Shown piece after piece: positions 13,132 to 22,846 of a stretch of DNA of 64,000 nt. The DNA is taken from the NCBI RefSeq assembly GCF_041146345.1, contig NW_027191411.1, positions 1,054,001 through 1,118,000 on the forward strand. Direction: 5' to 3'. Position 1 is the stretch's first letter. The number at the start of each line of letters is the position of its first letter. A program made the translations under genes and the position numbers. The DNA is from Neodothiora populina. Its lineage: Eukaryota. The notes under the pieces are model-generated. The model did no database searches. It saw only the letters and a list, made by a program, of their open reading frames with translations, and was not told the DNA's origin.

Positions 13132-13739
13132 ACTCTCGTCCCTTTGTTCCTTCAAATCGAACCCTTGTTATTGTTCCCTGAAGAGGAAAAAGCATATCTG
13201 GCGTTTTTTTCTCTCTCTCTGTTCGCTTTCTCTCTCTCTCATGAATATAGAGGACTTTACATACTCAGAAACCTGAAATCATTCCAGAAAGTGTCCAGAC
13301 CACGTCAAGAGAAGACTTCTTGATCAAGTCATATTTCATCGACGGATTTTCAAATCATTGAAGTGCATAGGGAGAGTGAATACCTATACAAATGGTGTAC
13401 ACATGTCATGTAAACACTCCGTCACAGTCCTCATACCATTGCATCGAAGGTCTCGGGTCATCTTTAATTTCGTATTCTGTGTGTATGATGCGTGTACGTA
13501 TGCACGTTTGTATGTAAGTATGTGTGTATGTAATCTGAGTACTCAATTCGACCTACAAGTCGTCATATACACGAGCTATATCCGTGCCATGTGTATATGT
13601 ACAAGTGTATACAAGGTGTGTAAGTATGTAATGCATGTGCAATGGCATCAAAAAAGGCTGTATATGCGCCAGGTCTGTCATACTGATATAGGTGTTCAGA
13701 GCGCCATGAGCGACGCCCTTTTATACGAGAGTGCCCCCA

Positions 13740-15890
13740 TCAGACATATCGATTTATCAATCTCGTCCCAGTCCTTTCTCGAGAATCGTATTCTTCAATC
13801 AAAGAAGTTGCAGGTTCCGTAGTTTGAGCTGAAGGCGCAGAAGGAGAAGCAGAAGCAGAAGCAGAAGCAGAAGAAGAGGAATGCGAAGGGACAGATGAGG
13901 CTGCTGCTTCTATGTCTCGGAGCAGTTGTATTCTTTCCAGGAGATGCGTTCTTGGTATTTTTCGAGATGAAAGGCGTTGGTTGCGGGCTTTTTCTTTCGA
14001 CGATGGTGTTTGTGCATGCGGGGTCCATGGTTGTGATGGGAGAACAGGTGTCGAGTCGTCGTTTGGCGCACCTTCCTCTTCGGCGTCTTGGAACTGGGAA
14101 CCTGGCTTTCTCGCCGTCTCAGACGTGGGGTTTGCTTGAGCCGCAGAAGCGAGACCTTGCTTGACTTCATCCTCTAATCCCATGGCGCCCACGACTCGCT
14201 TTAAAAACCTGCTTCTTCGGAACTTGTCGGCCTGGGCCTGTCTCTCAACGACCTCAAACATTTCCTCTTCTCCCTGCTCGAGACACAAACGAGCCATGTC
14301 GACATAAGCAGCATAGGGTAGCCGCTCGGCACGTCCGCTCCGTCTGCTCTTCTCTTGCAAGACACACATCTCTCTCCAGATGCTGGTTCCGCTCATCCAA
14401 TCGTTTCGATCGGCACAGTCACGCAACAACGGCACCATGCCCCTGATGGATAGACCCCATCCTTCGGCTCCCATGTCTGCGCACAGGCTCAATGCCGTCT
14501 CGAAGCCCGCAAACTGCAAGACACCGTTGATGAGAGCCTGGAAGACTTTGGGTGTTGGGTAGGGCTTCTGGATGATTTTATCCTCGTCGAGCCTTATTAG
14601 TCGCGACGCGCCTCCTGATGCTGTAATGTTGATGTCTGGGCGTGCCAGCATCATGCCGCCGTCCGTGCCTCGCATGTAAGCCAGAGACTGGGAAAAGGAG
14701 TCGAAGTTGTCGTGTTTGATGGCAGTGTGGAGAATGTAAAACAGCGTGTCTTCGTTTGCGCGGACTTTTGATTTTCTTATGCATTGGATTACTGCGTTCA
14801 GAGGTTCTTCGTCGCCGGAAATATTATACAGGTTCTTGAGGATGCTGTTCCAGACATTAAGGGTTGGTGGAGCGGTGGAAACACTGAGATTGTAGCAGAT
14901 CTTTGCTATCGTTGCTGGTACATCATGCGTGGATTTTGAGGTAGAGTCTGAGGTGGACGTGGACTGCCGGGAGGCATCAAAGACGGATTCAATAGCGGCG
15001 AGAAGCTCGGCGCCCGTCTCTTGATGACTGCCATCAATGTCCTGTGCGTATTGCGCCGAGTGAGGATGTACAGGCTCTTCATATGGTTCTTCGTCAAGGT
15101 CTGTCAAGGAGAGGTACGGATCGTACCATCTGAGAGACTTCAAGCGTGCCTGGGTCGAGTTGTAGAGATACTCCAGCTGACCGCGCGGCATGGTCATAAG
15201 TAGTCTGAAAGAACCGGGGACTGACGCAGCAGCATCTTCGACTCTGTCAATGTCGTGCAAGTAGATAATCATGCGTATGATCATCCTGTCCACACACAAC
15301 TCCGTCACGCGCAGTTTCTTGGGCGTCCAGAGGCGCATGGCGGCACGCTCTTTTTTATACTCGTGGGCGTATTCGGACTGAGGAGGAAGATTGCCTTGTC
15401 TCAGCGGCGGCCCGGTGTTCGCAGGCCAGAGCGGACCGCCCTTTGCCAGAGCCTCGTCTTCGTATATCGATTCCGTCTCATGCAATTCATGCTCAGCCGA
15501 GTATTTGTCCTGTTCAGCATCCGAATCCGACGCATCTCCTGCTTCGGCCAACCTCATGACCAGCCGCTCTTCCCACGTTTGCCCCGAGTGACTCGTCGCT
15601 CTTCCATGTCTCGAGTTCTCCTCCTCTTCGCCATCGATATCATGCTTGACCTGAGCGATAGCCTGATCCCACTGGTCCCTCCGTCTCTGTTTCACGACGG
15701 CGTCCGTAGTCGCGGCGGCGGCGAAGATGCCCGAATACCACAGCGTGCTGCTGTAAGCATACTTTGGTCGCTTTCCAGCAGCGGTGATGGGACGGCGATA
15801 GACACCATGAGCGGCGGCATTACCTGCGCACGAGGGACACCGACAGGTCAGTCTGGTCTGCGTTGCGAATCGAGACCAGAGGGTTTGCAT
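13740..15890 (-). CDS. Probable mitochondrial PPR-like helical-repeat protein
   Basis: 716-aa ORF with an R/S/T-rich presequence-like N-terminus and PPR-like segments (PTLNVWNSILKNL, PTPKVFQALINGVL, AAYVDMARLC). Confidence 0.65.
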   Translation of the reverse strand: MQTLWSRFATQTRLTCRCPSCAGNAAAHGVYRRPITAAGKRPKYAYSSTLWYSGIFAAAATTDAVVKQRRRDQWDQAIAQVKHDIDGEEEENSRHGRATSHSGQTWEERLVMRLAEAGDASDSDAEQDKYSAEHELHETESIYEDEALAKGGPLWPANTGPPLRQGNLPPQSEYAHEYKKERAAMRLWTPKKLRVTELCVDRMIIRMIIYLHDIDRVEDAAASVPGSFRLLMTMPRGQLEYLYNSTQARLKSLRWYDPYLSLTDLDEEPYEEPVHPHSAQYAQDIDGSHQETGAELLAAIESVFDASRQSTSTSDSTSKSTHDVPATIAKICYNLSVSTAPPTLNVWNSILKNLYNISGDEEPLNAVIQCIRKSKVRANEDTLFYILHTAIKHDNFDSFSQSLAYMRGTDGGMMLARPDINITASGGASRLIRLDEDKIIQKPYPTPKVFQALINGVLQFAGFETALSLCADMGAEGWGLSIRGMVPLLRDCADRNDWMSGTSIWREMCVLQEKSRRSGRAERLPYAAYVDMARLCLEQGEEEMFEVVERQAQADKFRRSRFLKRVVGAMGLEDEVKQGLASAAQANPTSETARKPGSQFQDAEEEGAPNDDSTPVLPSQPWTPHAQTPSSKEKARNQRLSSRKIPRTHLLERIQLLRDIEAAASSVPSHSSSSASASASASPSAPSAQTTEPATSLIEEYDSRERTGTRLINRYV

Positions 15891-16246
15891 TATTGCCGCA
15901 TTCTTTTGGGATTATTGTCGTCGTCTCGTCTGCGACCTGCTACTAGAAAAAGGCCGACGATTGCTGATTACTATCACCGTTTCCTCGAAGACACAACACT
16001 GTACAGTATAACTAACAATTATTGCCGAGAACGGCTGATTAATTGAACTTGGCTTTGTGTCGGATGTTCGACTTTCTGCGCGAGTCAAGATTCACCTTGG
16101 CGCTACTCTTGCGTGACCACTGCATGGCAGCCCACCTCCCCACTATCACTTTCTACGGTATTGTCTTGACTACCTCTACGATATTGTGGTTTCATAGTGA
16201 ATTGCCACCATCGACCAATAAATACATAGATCAACAGGACGATACA

Positions 16247-16958
16247 ATGCTCGCAGTAACACTGACCGCCGAGCTCAACGGGTACCTTCCCATTTCTTGC
16301 CTCGTCAAAATAGCATTCACTAAATACACATATTCGACAGCGTGACCGATCTCCTACCTATCGATACTGAGGAGAACCCATTCTACTACACCTTCAGAGT
16401 CCAATGCACATCGTGTCGGGAAGTCCACCCGAACCTGGTGAGCGTGAGCAGATTTGTAAGCCCCGCTTCGCTCCTCTCGTCTTGTCCCCACCTTCGTCTC
16501 TAACCCAGCACACTACTGCAGGAAAACAACGAAATCTCAGGAAGCAGAGGCGAGGCAAACTTTGTGTGGAGGTGCAAGAACTGCAAGGTAAGAACCGAGC
16601 GTCAGAAACTTGAACTGTCCGATTACGACGAAGATCCCCTAGTCTGCATTTTTGTGTTTCATGTACTTATCCAAACCCGCAAAATCCACAGAAAGAACAT
16701 TCGGCCAACATCCAAGCCTCGCCGAAGTCCTACCCTCAGCAGGACACTCCCAAGGCACAGAACATCATCAGCATCGACTGCCGAGGACTGGAGTTTGTCG
16801 AGTTCAAGCCCGACGGCGAGTGGCAAGCCGTCGGCGTCGAGTCGGGCTCGAAGTTCTCGGGTATCGATCTGACGGATGGCGAGTGGTATGATTACGACGA
16901 GAAGGCCGGGGATGAGGTCAGTATCAAGGAATTAAAGTGGGAGATTAAGCGGGCTTGA
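16247..16958 (+). CDS. DUF866 / CXXC-motif zinc-binding protein (CZIB/C1orf123-like), 4 exons
   Basis: Spliced reading MLAVTLTAELNGVTDL..FYYTFRVQCTSCREVH..SGSRGEANFVWRCKNCK..IDCRGLEFVEFKPDGEW..SGSKFSGIDLTDGEWYDYDEKAGDEVSIKELKWEIKRA*. Three GT-AG introns. Confidence 0.92.
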
Positions 16959-17339
16959 AGGACTATGTAGGTTCTTTGATAGTGCCATGGATAACAGAAA
17001 AAGGCCCAGATTATGACTTTGGGATTGGTGAGGTTCCATGACTAGACATTCCCACTGGATCGAGTCGTCCTACGGCAGTCCTTCAAGTGCAGCGTACAGC
17101 AGGCTAGGAACTCTCTTCATGTGCAACCTGTTCCCGAGTATACACACCGAATTCGCAGGACGGTCCACAGCTCACACAGTCCCTGTTGGAAGCATGCACG
17201 AGCACCTGGCACAAGTGCTAGGTGATGAAGATTCAATCTTTCTTATTCATGAGACGGCCGTGTAATATTTGTTATGCTCATCTACCAATTGTAGCAAAAA
17301 AAAAACAAGGTGAACTCGCTCCATGATGGCTGCCTGTTC

Positions 17340-18812
17340 ATGGTCCCTGACAGCCAGACTGGTGTGTGTTTTGACACATACTCATTACTCATACAACATC
17401 CACCGGACCCAGGTGGAGAGTCACATGTTGCTGCCTAGATGCCTCCTCCCGAACGAGCAGTAGAGACATAGTAGTTGCCTCGAACAGGCTCGCGACGGTC
17501 ATTTAGTCGAGCTCTGTAGCGGACGCCGATGAACGATGTCAGAGCCGCGACTGAGAAAATGGTGGTGTTCTTTGGTCTGTTGTTTCGAAGAGTGACGGGT
17601 TAGCCATCAGTCAATTGGACTCGGCTTCTATGTGAATTGTCTTGAACACATACGTGATGTAGTGTGAAAGAGCCATGTTGAACGTATCACGAGTAGTATG
17701 AATGCTGTCCTTTCCTCGTGCCGATGGGCTTATCTCTGATTCAGACGATCTTGCTTCGAAAAGCGGTTTGTTGTCTAGTAGATAGTGGGAAAGAGAGGGG
17801 GGCAGAGACTCGATTGATTTCTCTATAGCAAGACAGAGAGAAACAACACAAGAGAAGCGAGGTCACATAAAATAAAGAGACCACCTACACCACCACCACC
17901 ACCACCACCACCACCACCAGCCCTTAGCTCATCGGAGCAGGTAGGATAAGAAACAAGAACAGTAGGTAGTCACCGCCAAAATCGCACAAGCTCTCACACC
18001 ATCATCACCTTACTCTTGAACCCTACCCGACCACGCGTAGCTGTAGCCTTACATTACCTCATGCCCCTCCTTCCTTTGCCACTTTCGTTTGGAGTAAGGT
18101 AACAGGGAATCCCGAAGAAGGAGAGCACGCGACATCTTTCCTCGAAAAGGCAAGGCTAAGGGTTTATTGTTGCCCTTCCCGGTTGACGACTTACTGTACC
18201 ATAGCTCCACACAGTGCTTTCCCCATCTCCAAGAAAACCTTCTGAGATGGTCTGAGGTGGGTTCCCCGCATGCTACATGAGAAAGAACCCTCGGGTTGAA
18301 ACACACTCAAGTGGACCAGGGGTTCGCTGCTGCTGCTACTGCTTGCTGGTGCCAAAGTATGTGCTGGAACCCGAGGGACTGGAAACCAAACTGGTAAAAG
18401 TACCTGTAGCTCAATTGCTCACCTATCCGTAGTGTGGTTACAGCTACCGCACTTTGTACATGTACCGTCGTCGTCCCACCATGAGTCGTCCCTGGGATCT
18501 GGGCCTGTGGGGTCATAACTGCCACCTGCAAGCACAGAAGCAAGGGGAGAGGGAAATGGGTCTGGCCGATCCGAAGGTATTGCATAAGGCATAAGGCCAG
18601 GTAACAGCATATGCTGTAAGTACAGTATCTCCGAGGTTGTACTGCAATATACGCCTCGACGTGATCTCATGGTGGGCGCCCCAGATGGCGAGGCTTGGCG
18701 CTGACGTCGACTGTTTGCCGTCGATATACGAAGTCAAAGTCGCCCGCAACTGATAGACATGGCGGTGGATAAGATATTGTCGTCTGTAAATTAATTCTGG
18801 CACCACTCTTTC
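17340..18812 (+). ncRNA. Candidate telomerase RNA (TER/TR), ~1.5 kb; ends approximate
   Basis: No credible ORF. Colinear long-range pairings 17353-17510 with 18707-18801. Core-enclosing helix 17919-17929/18154-18164. Boundary helix 17954-17967/18007-18018 directly before template-like AACCCUACCC (18019-18028). H-type pseudoknot 18054-18153. P6.1-like hairpin GGC-UUGGC-GCU 18692-18702. G-U pairs favour the + strand. Confidence 0.75.
17889..17918 (+). repeat. (ACC)10 microsatellite inside the candidate TER
   Basis: accaccacc... run directly before the core-enclosing helix 5' strand. Confidence 0.9.
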
Positions 18813-18987
18813 ATAAGATTCATTGCAGCTATATTATTTTGACGATTTAGCTTGGCCGCGATTCACAGCATAAACAAACAGACGCTTTTCTGACATTGCA
18901 CAAACCCCAGCTCGTCTTGAATTGGAGTAAGAGAAGCAAGTGATCCGCATACAATATACATCATCACCACGACCATAACTAGACACT

Positions 18988-19837
18988 ATGGCGTCCTCTT
19001 CGACTGCGACTCCATTGCTATAGTAAGTGGTCGAACAGTCAAGTTAGTGAGATCGCAAGGGAGTATCTGACACTGTACCAACAGCTCATGCATAGCATAC
19101 AAGAACACCATTCTGACCGAACATACAACCTCGGCCGCCAGCGCAACCAGCTCACTGGCCTCGCTCATCTTGCCTAAAATCGACCACTCGGCTCCTCAAA
19201 AGCTCACTTACACACATGGCCAGAACCACATCCATTACATGAGCGACGCGGGCACGGCATCCGCCGACAACTGTCCGGGCCTCACGTATCTTGTCATCGC
19301 CAAGCAAGACCTCGGCCGTCGCATTCCTTTTGGGTATCTGGTTGAGATCAAGAAGCGCTTCCTGGCGCAGTATCCTCCCACATCGACGGAGCTTTCGGGT
19401 CTGCCGGCGTATGGCGCGGCGGCGTTCAATGGCGAGCTCAAGAAGCTGATGGTGGAGTTTGGAACCACCAAGGCGGGCCAGGATGATGCATTCAGAAATG
19501 TCCAGAGCGAGATCGATAACGTGAGGGACATCATGAGTCAAAACATCGAGCAGGTGCTCGAGAGGGGAGAGAGGATTGATTTGCTGGTCGACAAGACTGA
19601 TCGATTGGGGGGTAGTGCGCGAGACTTTAGGGTCAGGAGTCGTGGCTTGAGGAGGAGGATGTGGTGGAAGAACGTCAGGTTGATGGTCATGTTGATCATG
19701 GTCATAATCTTTCTCGTTTACCTTTTTGTTGGCTTTGGATGCGGTGAGTCTTTTTCTTCTCATGCGTTTTGTTCAAAGCTCGACCGTACTGACAATAAAC
19801 AGGCCTCCCTGGATGGTCGAGATGTATCCGAGGATAG
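18988..19837 (+). CDS. Longin-domain R-SNARE (VAMP7/Nyv1-like synaptobrevin)
   Basis: Introns 19023-19084 and 19744-19802. Longin domain, SNARE motif IMSQNIEQVLERGERIDLLVDKTD, MWWKN plus TM segment, ends CGLPGWSRCIRG*. Confidence 0.93.
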
Positions 19838-21327
19838 TCGCCTTTTTTCTTTTTCGCATGAGTCTCTGAATACTCCTTCTACGTTCAAGTCTTCAAACGG
19901 AGTCAAAAGCGATGCTCCTGTCGGCTACGAATACTGGACGAGGTCTTCTGATAACAAACATACTACGCCGTCAATAATGTTCAATTTTCTTTCTAACCTC
20001 AAAACTCCTTTGCCTCTCTGATTACATCTCAACGCACTCTATGAAACATGTGGATCCATAGGGATATATGCGCCAGGAAATCATTCTGCCGACCACAATC
20101 CACAGTGATTAGGTCACGATCACGCCCGCCTAGGGTAGACTACATGCTGTATCTCGTTACAGTCCTCTCACCTACTCACTATGGCCCACAACACCTTTAC
20201 TATTCATTCAAAAAGGCAAAGTTACCGAGACCCTACTCAGCTCGCCAGAGACGTTGAGAAGAGAAATCGCGCTGCATATACAACTTCGAACGAAGGGCGG
20301 AGGGAGCGGAGTTAACGAGGACTAAAGACGCAGCAAAGTCCGAAATGTTCGTCTTCGGGACCACAGGGCACTTTCGCTTAGGAGAAACGTGGTCATGCAT
20401 TCCGCACTGCCGGGACTGTCGTCCTCGAGAGCGGACGGAAGATATTCTAGAGCTTTTACTGCTGCTCTTTAAAGCAACGGTCTTCCTACAATACTCCTGA
20501 GTCTGCAGAGTTCCAAGGTATTTGTACAGTGAGGTACCTCAGGTAGGGCAAAAGAGAGTTTCCTTGCATATCCGCAGCAACTCCGCACAAAGCGGCCTTC
20601 ATCCGCCGCCGAGAGGAGTCCAATTATGCAATCCTTACCGTGGCTACTGTATAACAAGGTTACATGCACAAACCATCCGCTCAACGCCGGAACAGCCTTA
20701 CCCTTTACCCTTATGCTACCGTATGAAACCCCCATCACTATCCCTCGACTTTCCCTTTTGTTCTTTAAGTCCGGTTCAAATCTCCGTTATCCGTCTCTTG
20801 TCTCGTCTCGACCGCCGCAAAGCAAAGCAAAAGGGTCGGTCGGGCGTAGGATAATAATCCCTCAGTTTCCCACCACCACGTAGTACAAGTCGAGAGAAAA
20901 AACATACCTTGTGACATACTTTTTTCTTGTATGATTTTTTCTTGACTCTCTACAATCTGGTTGTTTTTGATCTCTTTGACCTACCGAGCTCTTCATTACT
21001 TGTCGGATAGATATCTACCTTCTCCGGATTAGATAACTCGAAGGTCGCAACGTGCTTTTCTTGATACCCCCACCCACCCGCGCCTTGTCGTCCGCATAGG
21101 CCGGCCTCCTCCACCCCTTTAGTGGAGCTTGACAATACTCTCGATATTCAATAATCAGCAAGAAGACTCGACTTGTCAAAAGCCTTGGATACTCAATCTC
21201 TGATCCTTCCAGCCATCGGAAACAATACCCGGAACGAAAACACAAACAACCTCGGAAAGGAGAATAAACCAAGGAAAGCGCGAATAATCCACAACCAAAG
21301 TACAAGAAAGGAAGACAGAGAGACAAA

Positions 21328-22010
21328 ATGGCAGCATCGGACGAACCAAACGTCAACTTCGGCTCCCCCTGCGTCTTCTACGATTCACACCCAGAAGAGC
21401 AACCGACACTGCTAGGTTCATACTGGCAAGCGTTGAAGGGAAACCTATACATCGCCTGGTCCGGCGACGTGCCCAAGGCATTATATCCCGGCAACCTGCG
21501 CCTGACATGGTGGACGGTAAGTTTCCTCTTCCTCTCCCTCCTCTCCTCTGTTCTACAGAAATAGCTAACAAGAAGAAACAGACAGACAACAAACAAGGGC
21601 TGCGCGACTACGAACTGCACCAACACGCGCTCGTCAAGCTGCAATACGACAGCCTGTGCGAGCTGCCGGACGTGCGCCGCTGCATGATCCTGGGCTTCAG
21701 CGGGCAGAACCCCTACATCCTGACCTTCGGGCAGAACATCTGGCAGGAGAAATTCAAGCGCGAGAAGCGCGCCAACAACGCCAAATGGCTGTCGCCCGAG
21801 GAGCGCGAGAAGAGGCTTGCGGAGCGCCAGAAGCGGCTCGATGCCGCGGGCGTGGCGGCCGCGGGCCATGATGATGACGAGAAGGCCGGCACGCAGCACG
21901 TTGAGGATAAGAAGAACGGAATCAGTTTCAAGATTGATGAGCTTATCATGTCGAACGAGGAGAGTGAGACGCAGAGGTTGTTGGGCGGCACGGACGAGGA
22001 CATGGTTTAA
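21328..22010 (+). CDS. Hypothetical fungal protein, 2 exons
   Basis: ATG in caaaATGG context. Intron 21517-21581 (GTAAGT..GCTAAC..CAG) joins ORFs 21328 and 21507 in frame. Strong C/G third-position bias. Confidence 0.75.
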
Positions 22011-22846
22011 GGATCTCTTTATGCCCTGGCTTGCGCGAGTTTTTGCTCTGACCAAGGAGCAGAGATGGAAGGAAAGGTGCGCGTGGGAAATCCCCCTTCT
22101 ACATGGCCTTGAAAGAGAAAGAAGTAACCTCGAGAACGTGGCTCTCCCTCGACCTGCTTATAGTCAAATCAAGCTTCCAGAAACCTTGTCCAGTTGTACA
22201 GACAGAAAGGACAAGTCCGGACGCCGACTTCGACATTGGATTCATCTCTTCCAAAGCAGCGTCGAGGGGACGAAGAAAAGAACGAGCGAGAGAGGCAGAG
22301 ACGATGAGAGCGGGGGATGGAATGCATGAACGAGGACGGAAGACATAAAGCCGTATATCGTACATATACACGGACACACGGACGCATAGACTATAGAATA
22401 ATCATCATACTTTTTTCTTTTTACCTTACACACCTGACAATCCGAACATGACCATCTACAAGACTACGGTTTTCCGATTCGCAATGACCAAGAGACGATG
22501 GAGTTGTTGTTGTTCTTGATTTCTTATATCTTTTCATACCATTACACTTGGAGTAAATGCACCCTTCCTGGAGAGGGGATGAGCTCTGGTTTCTTTCCCT
22601 TATGAGCCAGCACTTTTTATGCTGGGGAAAGAGGCAGATCACACGCACGCGTACATGTATGCTCTGCCGTACGGAAGAACAAGAGGCGATTGCGACGCCC
22701 AGCTCTCAATGGCAGATTATACCTGCATTGGGAACGTGCTCTATATACGCACGACTGTGTAGTGAGGCATGGGACATTTCAAGCAACGTCCGATGCGTGA
22801 CGTTGAAAGGAGACAGCTAGGCGATTCTCTAGGAACAAAATCCACT

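Noticed and set aside
16202..16209. TTGCCACC (Rpn4/PACE-like GGTGGCAA) upstream of DUF866
   Set aside because: A single imperfect site about 40 bp from the ATG, which can occur by chance.
17596..17604. GGGTTAG (CTAACCC on the minus strand) as a canonical telomerase template
   Set aside because: Only 7 nt, at the edge of a predicted helix, on the strand disfavoured by G-U pairing, and not flanked by a boundary helix or pseudoknot.
18049..18806. Short minus-strand ORFs (83-97 aa) in the intergenic region
   Set aside because: No motifs or codon bias. The region is better explained as a structured RNA.
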